Below, one piece after another: positions 18,184 to 25,452 of a DNA stretch of 39,165 nucleotides (position 1 is the first letter of the stretch; the number at the start of each line of letters is the position of its first letter). Both the position numbers and the translations under genes were made by a program. The DNA comes from Solirubrobacteraceae bacterium. Lineage in GTDB: Bacteria > Actinomycetota > Thermoleophilia > Solirubrobacterales > Solirubrobacteraceae. Location: the NCBI GenBank assembly GCA_049517155.1, contig JBEKSK010000002.1, positions 1 to 39,165 on the forward strand. Direction: 5' to 3'. A model generated the notes under the pieces. The model did not search any database. It was not told the origin of the DNA and saw only the letters and a program-made list of their open reading frames with translations.

Positions 18184-19350
18184 CTACTCGAACGCCGCGT
18201 GGCCGGTCAGGGCCTTGCCGAGCACGAGCGTATGGATCTGGTGTGTGCCCTCGTAGGTCAGCACCGACTCGAGGTTGACGAGATGGCGCATGACCGGGTA
18301 CTCGAGTGTGATCCCGTTGGCGCCAAGCAGCGCCCGTGCGCGGCGGGCGACGTCGGTGGCCATCCGTACGTTGGAGAACTTGCCGTAGCTGATGTGCTCG
18401 GGGGTCACGAGGCCCGCGTCCTTCAGGCGCCCGATCCGCGTTGCGAGCAGCAGCCCGTTGTTGACCGCCACGTGCATCTCGACCAGTTCCTGCTGGACGA
18501 TCTGGCGCGCCGAGATCGGGCGACCGAAGGCGACCCGGCTCGCGGTGTAGTCCAGCGCCGCCTCAAGGCACGCGCGCGCGGCTCCAACGGCCCCCCACAC
18601 GATGCCGAAGCGCGCCTCGCTCAGGCACGACAGCGGGCCGCGCAGCGAGTCGGCGCCGGGCAGCATGGCGTCGGCGTCCAGGCGGCAGTCCTCAAAGATG
18701 AGCTCAGACGTCGTCGAAGCCACCAGCGACAGCTTGTCCTTGACGTCGACGGTGCGAAAGCCCTCGCTGCCCGCGGGCACGAGGAAGCCCCTGATGCCCT
18801 CAACCGTCGCCACCCACACGACGGCCACGCCGGCGCGGCTGCCGTTGGTGATCCACATCTTGGTCCCGTTGAGGACCCAGCCATCCCCATCGCGGCGCGC
18901 ACTGGCGCGCATCGCGGCGGGGTCGCTGCCGGCGTCGGGCTCGGTCAGGCCGAAGCAGCCGATCACCTCACCCGCCGCCATCGGCGCAAGCCAGCGTTCC
19001 TTCTGCTCCTCGGAGCCGAACGCGTGGATCGCGAACATCGCGAGGGAGCCCTGCACCGACACGAGGCTGCGCAGCCCGCTGTCGCCAGCCTCGAGCTCAA
19101 GGCAGGCGCGGCCGTAGGCCGTGGCGCTGGCGCCCGCACAGCCGTAGCCCTCCAGGTGCATGCCGAGCACGCCAAGCTCCCCGAGCTCGGGGCCGAGCTC
19201 AGGCGGCAGCCGGCCCGCGCGCCAGGCATCGATGACGATCGGCAGGAAGCGGCGGCGAACCCAGTCGCGCACCGTCGAGGCGATCAGTTGCTCCTCGTCG
19301 CTCAGCTCGCCGGCAAGTCCGAACGGGTCCTCGACTGAGTAGCTCATCAC
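18184..19350 (-). CDS. gcdH: Acyl-CoA dehydrogenase, glutaryl-CoA dehydrogenase-like.
   Basis: GCFGLTEPDAGSDPAAMRASARRDGDGWVLNGTKMWITNG and the C-terminal YEGTHQIHTLVLGKALTG. A GAGGAG RBS lies 8 nt upstream of the ATG. Confidence 0.8.
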   Translation of the reverse strand: MMSYSVEDPFGLAGELSDEEQLIASTVRDWVRRRFLPIVIDAWRAGRLPPELGPELGELGVLGMHLEGYGCAGASATAYGRACLELEAGDSGLRSLVSVQGSLAMFAIHAFGSEEQKERWLAPMAAGEVIGCFGLTEPDAGSDPAAMRASARRDGDGWVLNGTKMWITNGSRAGVAVVWVATVEGIRGFLVPAGSEGFRTVDVKDKLSLVASTTSELIFEDCRLDADAMLPGADSLRGPLSCLSEARFGIVWGAVGAARACLEAALDYTASRVAFGRPISARQIVQQELVEMHVAVNNGLLLATRIGRLKDAGLVTPEHISYGKFSNVRMATDVARRARALLGANGITLEYPVMRHLVNLESVLTYEGTHQIHTLVLGKALTGHAAFE

Positions 19351-19402
19351 GGCATCTCCTCGCCTTCGCAGCGTCGATTCGTGTGGCTCACGCGCCGACC
19401 AT

Positions 19403-19416
19403 ATTCAATCGTGAAT
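19403..19416. promoter_or_regulatory. AT-rich inverted repeat upstream of gcdH.
   Basis: ATTCA-ATCG-TGAAT, about 53 nt upstream of the gcdH ATG, in an otherwise GC-rich spacer. Confidence 0.25.
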
Positions 19417-19424
19417 TCCGTCCG

Positions 19425-19450
19425 CGCCCGCCGGTGCGACGCGGCGGGCG
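19425..19450 (-). terminator. GC-rich hairpin immediately after the CoA-transferase stop codon.
   Basis: CGCCCGCCG-GTGCGACG-CGGCGGGCG: a 9-bp perfect stem and 8-nt loop ending 1 nt from the stop at 19452..19454. No U-tract. Confidence 0.4.
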
Positions 19451-19451
19451 G

Positions 19452-20609
19452 TCAGACCCCGCCGGGCGCAGGGTCGTCACCGCACAGCCAGCTGCGCACC
19501 GCATCGCCGTCGGCGCCGAGCGCCGGCGGAATCCTGCGGTATGACGCCGGCGTGGCATCCAGCGCGATTGGGCTGGCGACCTGACGGGCACCCTCCGCCA
19601 TCTCGACGATCGAGGGAAGGCCGAGCGACGCAGCCAGCGCGAAAGCGCCGCCGATGTCGTTGACCGGGCCACAGGGCACCCCGGCAGCGCTCAGCGTCTG
19701 CGCGAGCTGCGCACCCGGGCGGGCGCCGATCAGCGGCTCCAGCGCGGCGGCCAGGTCGGCGTGATGCTCGACGCGCGCCGCGTTGGTGGCGAAGCGCACG
19801 TCGGTGGCGAGGGCCGCGCAGCCGAGTTCACGGCAGAGCGAGAGGAACTGGCGGTCATTCCCGACCGCCACAACGATCTCGCCGTCGGCAGCAGCGAAGG
19901 ACTCGTAGGGAGCGATGCTCGGATGGCGATTGCCCATTCGCGCCGGGATCACACCGGCGCCGAGAAAACCCGACGCCTGGTTGACGAGCGCGGAAAGCAG
20001 CGAGCCGAGCAGTGAAATCTCCGCGCGCTGTCCGATGCCGCTGCGTTCGCGCTCGGCCAGGGCGGCGAGGATCGCAACAGTTGCGAACAGCCCTGCGATC
20101 ACATCGACCAGCGCGACCCCCACCTTCGTCGGCGGGCCCTGCGGCTGGCCGGTCACGCTCATCAGGCCACCGACCGCCTGGACCATCAGGTCGTAACCCG
20201 GTAGCGCCGCGCCCGCGCCGGAGCCGAAGCCGGTAAGGCTGCACGAGACCAGACGCGGATTCGCGGCGCGAGTCGTCTCCTCGCCAAGACCGAAGCGCTC
20301 AAGCGTGCCCGGACGGAAGTTCTCGATCAGCACGTCGGAGCGCTCGATCAGGCGAGCGGCCAGCTCGCGATCTCGCTCGTCACCCAGATCCAGCACGATG
20401 CTGCGCTTGTTGCGGTTCACCGCCTGGTAGTAGGTGCTGGTTCCGTCCGGCGCCCACGGCGGACCCCATGACCTTGTGTCGTCCCCTGAAGGACGCTCGA
20501 CCTTGATCACCTCTGCACCCAGGTCGCCGAGCGTCATCGCCGCGAAAGGCCCGGCCAGTATTCGCGAGAAGTCCGCGACGAGCACCCCATCCAGCGGTGG
20601 GCGGCGCAT
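19452..20609 (-). CDS. Family III CoA-transferase (CaiB/BaiF type).
   Basis: From the ATG at 20609: MRRPPLDGVLVADFSRILAGPFAAMTLGDLGAEVIKVERP.GDDTRSWGPPW, typical of CoA_transf_3. The 183 codons upstream in the ORF track are Arg/Pro-rich and overlap the mocA promoter side, so I judge them non-coding. Confidence 0.8.
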   Translation of the reverse strand: MRRPPLDGVLVADFSRILAGPFAAMTLGDLGAEVIKVERPSGDDTRSWGPPWAPDGTSTYYQAVNRNKRSIVLDLGDERDRELAARLIERSDVLIENFRPGTLERFGLGEETTRAANPRLVSCSLTGFGSGAGAALPGYDLMVQAVGGLMSVTGQPQGPPTKVGVALVDVIAGLFATVAILAALAERERSGIGQRAEISLLGSLLSALVNQASGFLGAGVIPARMGNRHPSIAPYESFAAADGEIVVAVGNDRQFLSLCRELGCAALATDVRFATNAARVEHHADLAAALEPLIGARPGAQLAQTLSAAGVPCGPVNDIGGAFALAASLGLPSIVEMAEGARQVASPIALDATPASYRRIPPALGADGDAVRSWLCGDDPAPGGV

Positions 20610-20693
20610 CGGCGAGGGCGGGTTGGCGGGCACTGCGGGTGAATCTAGCGACGCGGCCCGCGGAGAGAGCGTCCGGCGCGCGCGCGGCCGCGC

Positions 20694-21344
20694 TTGCGGA
20701 TGCCGCGGGCCCACCGGATACTCCTCGACATGGGCGCGCGTGACCGCAGCGCAACTGTCGCAGGACTCGTGCTGGCCGCAGGCTCGGCGCGGCGCTTCGG
20801 CTCGCCCAAACAACTGGCGACGCTTGCGGGCCGACCGCTGCTGGAGCACGCCCTGCTCGCGATGGCCAAAGCCACACGCGTGGAGGAGGTGATCGTAGTG
20901 CTCGGCTCCCACGCCGACGAGATCCTCTCCAGGGTCGACCTGCAGGGCGCACGGGCGGTGATCTGCACCGGCTGGGAGGAGGGTCAGGCCGCGTCGCTGC
21001 GGACCGGCGTTGCGGCGCTCGAGCAACACGCAGAGGCGATTGTCATCACGCTCGGCGACCAGCCGGCGATCGACCCGCGCGCGATCGACCGCGTGGCGTC
21101 CACGCGGGATGAGGCGAGCGTCGCGTTGCGCGCGAGCTACCGGGGCCGGCCAGGCCATCCGGTGCTGCTCGAGCGGGCGCTATTTGAGGAGGTCGCGCAG
21201 CTGCGCGGCGACGAGGGGGCGCGGCGGCTGCTGGGCGGCGTCGCCGTGGCGCTCGTCGAGTGCGACGGGCTCGGCAGCGACGCCGATATCGACACCTTCG
21301 AACAGCTGGCGCTCAGCGGGGGCGGATCGTGGTCTCCGTCGTGA
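20694..21344 (+). CDS. mocA: MobA-like NTP transferase, molybdenum cofactor cytidylyltransferase type.
   Basis: VAGLVLAAGSARRFGSPKQLATLAGRPLLEH...IVITLGDQP...GRPGHPVLL. An alternative start is the ATG at 20730. The 3' end overlaps xdhC convergently by 32 nt. Confidence 0.75.
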   Translation: MRMPRAHRILLDMGARDRSATVAGLVLAAGSARRFGSPKQLATLAGRPLLEHALLAMAKATRVEEVIVVLGSHADEILSRVDLQGARAVICTGWEEGQAASLRTGVAALEQHAEAIVITLGDQPAIDPRAIDRVASTRDEASVALRASYRGRPGHPVLLERALFEEVAQLRGDEGARRLLGGVAVALVECDGLGSDADIDTFEQLALSGGGSWSPS

Positions 21345-22422
21345 TCAGGGCCTCTCCGCGGCGCCCGGATCTTGCCGCGATCACCTCCGCCATGATCGAG
21401 ATCGCGACCTCCTCGGGCGTAGCCGCGCCGATATCGAGCCCGCAGGGAGAGTGCACGCGCTCGAGTTCCTGCGGATCGACTCCCGCCGCGAGGAGCCGGG
21501 CACTGCGTTCCTTCGCGGTCCGGCGGCTGCCGAGCGCCCCGATGTAGCCGGCGTCACTGCGCAGCGCCGCGACGATCGCCGGCTCGTCGAACTTCGGGTC
21601 GTGGCTGAACACGATCACGCCGTCGCGCGGTCCAAGCTCGCGCTCGTCGATGGCGGGCGCCGGCCAGCCGATGTGCACCGTCGCGACGCGCGAAAAGCGC
21701 TCGGAACGCGCGAACGCCTCCCGCGCATCGGCGATCACGACCTCGTAGCCGGCCGCCGACGCGAGCGCGGCGACGGCGGCGGAGTAGTCGATGGCGCCGA
21801 CCAGCACGAGCGTCGGCGGCGTCCGGAAGGCCTGCAGATGGACACTCAGCCCGCCGCCGAGCGCCTCACCCGCTCGCCCGTAATGGCGCAGCGCGCTCGT
21901 GCCACGTTCGCTCAGCGCTGTGAGATCGCGCGCCACGCTCCGGTCGAGAAGCTCCGGTCCGTGCAGGCTGCCGATCACGCGTCCGTCGACGACTGCGAGC
22001 TTGGCCCCCGGCTCGTCCCCCTCGACGAGCGTGGCAATCCCGGCCGCCAACCCTCGTGCCGCAGCATCGAAGGCCTCGGCACTGGCTGCTCGGGCGCCAC
22101 CGGCCAGCTCATGCACGAAGACGTGGACAGTGCCGCCGCACATCAATCCGACCTCGTGTGCCGCCTCGTCAGACACTCCGTAGCGAAGCGCCCGCGGCGC
22201 GCCGTCGCCGGCCAGCATCTCGAGCGCGTTGACTACCACGTCGGCCTCCACGCAGCCGCCGGTGATCGAGCCTTCGATTGCGCCGTCGGCATCGATCAGC
22301 ATGAAGGCTCCAGGCTGAAACGGCGAGGACCCCTCGGCGTCGGTCAGCAGCGCGCAGACGATGCGTCGATCCTCGGCGACCCAGCGCAGTCCGACCGACA
22401 GCTGCTGGCTCACGACGCTCAT
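21313..22422 (-). CDS. xdhC: XdhC/CoxF family molybdoenzyme maturation (sulfuration/insertion) chaperone.
   Basis: N-terminal XdhC_CoxI region (GSSPFQPGAFMLIDADGAIEGSITGGCVE). C-terminal Rossmann region (LVLVGAIDYSAAVAALASAAGYEVVIAD...VIVFSHDPKFDEPAI...YIGALGSRRT). Confidence 0.85.
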   Translation of the reverse strand: MSVVSQQLSVGLRWVAEDRRIVCALLTDAEGSSPFQPGAFMLIDADGAIEGSITGGCVEADVVVNALEMLAGDGAPRALRYGVSDEAAHEVGLMCGGTVHVFVHELAGGARAASAEAFDAAARGLAAGIATLVEGDEPGAKLAVVDGRVIGSLHGPELLDRSVARDLTALSERGTSALRHYGRAGEALGGGLSVHLQAFRTPPTLVLVGAIDYSAAVAALASAAGYEVVIADAREAFARSERFSRVATVHIGWPAPAIDERELGPRDGVIVFSHDPKFDEPAIVAALRSDAGYIGALGSRRTAKERSARLLAAGVDPQELERVHSPCGLDIGAATPEEVAISIMAEVIAARSGRRGEALITTETTIRPR

Positions 22423-22443
22423 GACATCAGCGTAAAGCAGTAC

Positions 22444-23706
22444 TCAAGGCCGTCGAGGCGATCTTCGCCCGCCTGAGCGGCTCGCCGCGATCGCCGCCGC
22501 CACCTCGGCGAGTGCCTCGAAGTTGTGCCCGCTCACGAGCGCATCGCAATACGGCAGGGCCGCCACCATTCCGCCTGCCGCGACGGAGAATGCGCTCGAG
22601 CTCGCCCGGGGATTGACCCAGACGATCCGGTGGGCGAGGCGCCCCAGTCGCTCCATCTCGCGTCCCACAAGCATCGGGTCGCCGCGCTCCCAGCCGTCGG
22701 AGAGGATCACGACCACGGCGCCACGCGCCATGCCGCGGCGGCCATGACGGTCGTTGAACGCCTTCAGCGCATCGCCAATCCGTGTCCCGCTCGACCAGTC
22801 CGGCGCGGCGGCTGCGGCGCGCTGGATCGCCCGCTCCGGGTTGCGGGATGCCAGCGAGCGCGTCAACCGCGTCAGGCGGGTGGCGAACACGAAGGCCTCG
22901 GCGCCCGGTCCACTGCCCGCCGCGCAGGTCAGGAACTGCAGGTATGCGCGCGCGTAGGGCTCCATCGAACCGGAGATGTCGCACATCATCACGAGGCGTC
23001 GAGGGACCACGCGCCGGCGCCGGCGGGCGAGTCGGATCGGGTCGCCGCCGGTACGCAAGCTGGCGCGCAGGCTCCGGCGCAGGTCGATGCGCTCGCCGTG
23101 ATGCCCCTTCTCGTAGCGGCGGGTGCGCCGCGTCGGAGTGCAGAGCTGCAGCTGGGACATCAGGCGGTAGAGCTGCGCGAGCTCGTTGGGCTCGAGCGCG
23201 TCGAAGCTCTTGCTTCGCAGCAGCTCCGCGTCACTGGCCATCGCCGTGGGCACCTCCACATCGGCCGCGTCATTGTTCTCGCCGAGCGCGCTTGGCGCCG
23301 TGGACGACAGATTCGCTCCGCGGGCGAACGCCTCTGAGCGCGCCGGAACCCCTGTGCGAGCGCTCCTCTCCCGCTCCTGCGCCGGCGTGGCTGCGGTTTG
23401 CACGTCCGCGGCATCTGACCCCAGTTGAGGGCCGTCGCCGCCACCGAACACCGAGCGGAAGACAGCATCAAACGCCCCGGCCTGCGCCGGGTCGGACACC
23501 GCCATGGCGCGCAGCGTCCAGTACAGTCGCCGGCGGGTCACCGGCCGCGCGAGCGTGAGCGCCCGGGCGAGGTCAGCCGCGCGGGCGGGCGTCATCGGGA
23601 CGGCGGCAGCCTGCAGACGGCGGCTGAACGCCCCAACGAGCGCCGGCAGATCGAGCTCGATCATGTCGACCTCTGACGCTGCCGCGGGCGCGGCAGCGTC
23701 AGTCAC
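22444..23706 (-). CDS. coxE: VWA domain-containing CoxE-like protein.
   Basis: RLVMMCDISGSMEPYARAYLQFL (MIDAS DxSxS) preceded by IDLRRSLRASLRTGGDP, typical of CoxE/VWA_CoxE. Confidence 0.8.
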   Translation of the reverse strand: MTDAAAPAAASEVDMIELDLPALVGAFSRRLQAAAVPMTPARAADLARALTLARPVTRRRLYWTLRAMAVSDPAQAGAFDAVFRSVFGGGDGPQLGSDAADVQTAATPAQERERSARTGVPARSEAFARGANLSSTAPSALGENNDAADVEVPTAMASDAELLRSKSFDALEPNELAQLYRLMSQLQLCTPTRRTRRYEKGHHGERIDLRRSLRASLRTGGDPIRLARRRRRVVPRRLVMMCDISGSMEPYARAYLQFLTCAAGSGPGAEAFVFATRLTRLTRSLASRNPERAIQRAAAAAPDWSSGTRIGDALKAFNDRHGRRGMARGAVVVILSDGWERGDPMLVGREMERLGRLAHRIVWVNPRASSSAFSVAAGGMVAALPYCDALVSGHNFEALAEVAAAIAASRSGGRRSPRRP

Positions 23707-24622
23707 CGGCGCGCACGAGCGCTTCGAGGCCAGCGGCGCGGATCACCTCCTGGTCCTCGCCGTATTTGAGCACCGATCCGAGCGTGAGATCCACGGCCGC
23801 GGCGTCCAGGCGCTCGATTCCAAGTAGGTCGAGAGCCGCTAGCCAGTCGATCGCCTCGGCGATGCCGGGCGGCTTCTGCACGTCGCTCTCGCGCATGCGA
23901 GAAACAGCGTTCGCGACCGCCACTGCAAGCGTCTCGGAGGCGCCCCTAACCCGCAGGCGCACGATCGCCACCTCACGCTGCGCACTCGGATAGTCGATCC
24001 AGTGGTAGAGGCAGCGGCGCTTCACGGCGTCGTGCAGGTCGCGCGTGCGGTTGGAGGTCAGGACGATGATCGGTGGGTGCGTCGCCCTGATCGTGCCGAT
24101 CTCGGGAATCGTCACCGCGGCCTCCGCGAGCAACTCGAGCAGAAACGCCTCGAAGTCGTCATCGGCACGGTCGACCTCGTCGATCAAAAGCACGGCTGGC
24201 CGCGGGCCGGGGTGTTCGAGCGCGCGCAGCAACGGGCGCCGGATGAGGTACTCGGAGCCAAACAGCTCCTCCTCGCCGAGCCGCGAGCCGCTCGAATCCG
24301 CAAGCCGAATCGCCAGCAGCTGACGCGGATAGTTCCACTCGTAAAGCGCTTCGGCGGCGTCGATCCCCTCGTAGCACTGCAGGCGGATCAGCGGCGTGTC
24401 CAGCACCCTCGCCAGTGACTTGGCGGCCTCGGTCTTGCCGACCCCTGCCTCGCCCTCGAGCAGCAGCGGCTGCGGCAGTCGCGCGCTCAGAAACATCGAA
24501 GTCGCGAGACCCTCGTCGACCAGATAGTCGACCGCGGCCAGGCGTTGCGTGAGCGTGTCCACGTCCGGCAGCAGCCGGCGCAGCTCTACGTCGGCTTCCC
24601 CCGTGATCTCGGGAGGGTTCAT
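23699..24622 (-). CDS. coxD: MoxR/CoxD-type AAA+ ATPase.
   Basis: Walker A LLLEGEAGVGKTEAAKSLA, Walker B VLLIDEVDRAD, and YEWNYPRQLL. The preferred start is the ATG at 24622. The stop overlaps the coxE start by 8 nt. Confidence 0.8.
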   Translation of the reverse strand: MNPPEITGEADVELRRLLPDVDTLTQRLAAVDYLVDEGLATSMFLSARLPQPLLLEGEAGVGKTEAAKSLARVLDTPLIRLQCYEGIDAAEALYEWNYPRQLLAIRLADSSGSRLGEEELFGSEYLIRRPLLRALEHPGPRPAVLLIDEVDRADDDFEAFLLELLAEAAVTIPEIGTIRATHPPIIVLTSNRTRDLHDAVKRRCLYHWIDYPSAQREVAIVRLRVRGASETLAVAVANAVSRMRESDVQKPPGIAEAIDWLAALDLLGIERLDAAAVDLTLGSVLKYGEDQEVIRAAGLEALVRAGD

Positions 24623-24794
24623 CGGGCGACCGCCGCCGGCGCGCCGGCGCCGGGCCGGAAGCCGAGCACCGCCTGCCCGAGGACCGCCCGGTGGTTGAGG
24701 GCTTTGCGGTCCAGCATCTGAGCGGCCGCGAACGATACTGCTCGAGCGCCGCGACCAACACACCGGACGGCAGCCCGGCTGGGCCCGTGCCGGC

Positions 24795-25184
24795 TCAGGC
24801 GCCCGTGTGAACCATCACCGAGGTGGCTTTCACCGTCGCCGTCGCGGCCATACCCGCGTGCAGCCCGAGCTCCTCGACGGAGTCCCTCGTGATCGCGGCG
24901 GTGATCCGGTGCGGACCGGCCTCGATCTCGACCAGCGCCATCACGCCGGAAACCTCGACAGACGTCACGACACCCGGGAATCGGTTGCGGGCGGAGAGGT
25001 TGCTCCGCGTCGCGTGGCGCTTGGGCGACGCCGAAACGCGATCCACCTCCGTCCGGTCGACCAGGCGGCGGTTTCGCTCGTCGCGAAGCGTCGTGATCTT
25101 CCCGGCTCGGTCCCAGCGGCGCAACGTGTCAACGCTCACACCCAGCGCCTTCGCCGCTTCACCCATCGTCAGAGTCTCCGACAT
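24795..25184 (-). CDS. Molybdate/tungstate-responsive regulator candidate: MerR/excisionase-type HTH fused to a TOBE (Mop) oxyanion-binding domain.
   Basis: From the ATG at 25184: HTH MGEAAKALGVSVDTLRRWDRAGKI. TOBE-like SARNRFPGVVTSVEVSGVMALVEIEAGPHRITAAITRDSVEELGLHAGMAATATVKATSVMV. The upstream 151 codons of the track ORF look non-coding. Confidence 0.75.
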   Translation of the reverse strand: MSETLTMGEAAKALGVSVDTLRRWDRAGKITTLRDERNRRLVDRTEVDRVSASPKRHATRSNLSARNRFPGVVTSVEVSGVMALVEIEAGPHRITAAITRDSVEELGLHAGMAATATVKATSVMVHTGA

Positions 25185-25355
25185 GCGCACGCAAAGCATG
25201 CCAGACCAAGGTGGACGCCGGCGACGCCGCCGGCTCGCGTTCGGTTGCTGCGTTTCGCGCCAAGCCCCAACCGCCTGAGGACTCGCGACCAACGCGCGGC
25301 GTGCCACGGCAAACGCCGGCGCGCGAGAGCTGCGCCGCAATCGAGTTCCGCGGAG

Positions 25356-25446
25356 TGCATATGCAATCGGACAACGAACATCGATCGGCAAGCAACAACG
25401 TCGGCAAAGACTGCGCGCGACCACATATGCAGTGCGCTTATATAGT
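25356..25446. promoter_or_regulatory. AT-rich control region for the tup-like operon: repeated CATATGCA boxes and a TATAGT -10-like hexamer.
   Basis: TGCATATGCA, a perfect 10-bp palindrome, at 25356..25365. CATATGCA again at 25424..25431, 66 bp apart. TCGGCAA direct repeats at 25385 and 25401. TATAGT at 25441..25446, 6 nt before the ATG at 25453. Confidence 0.45.
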
Positions 25447-25452
25447 GGGCCG

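Noticed and set aside
20610-21158. N-terminal extensions of track ORFs beyond the starts I chose: 19452..21158, 24795..25637, 34543..35955, 36866..38623, 31647..31709, 23699..24763.
   Set aside because: In each case family homology begins at an internal ATG or GTG. The upstream part is low-complexity, and it overlaps a neighbouring gene or a divergent promoter region.
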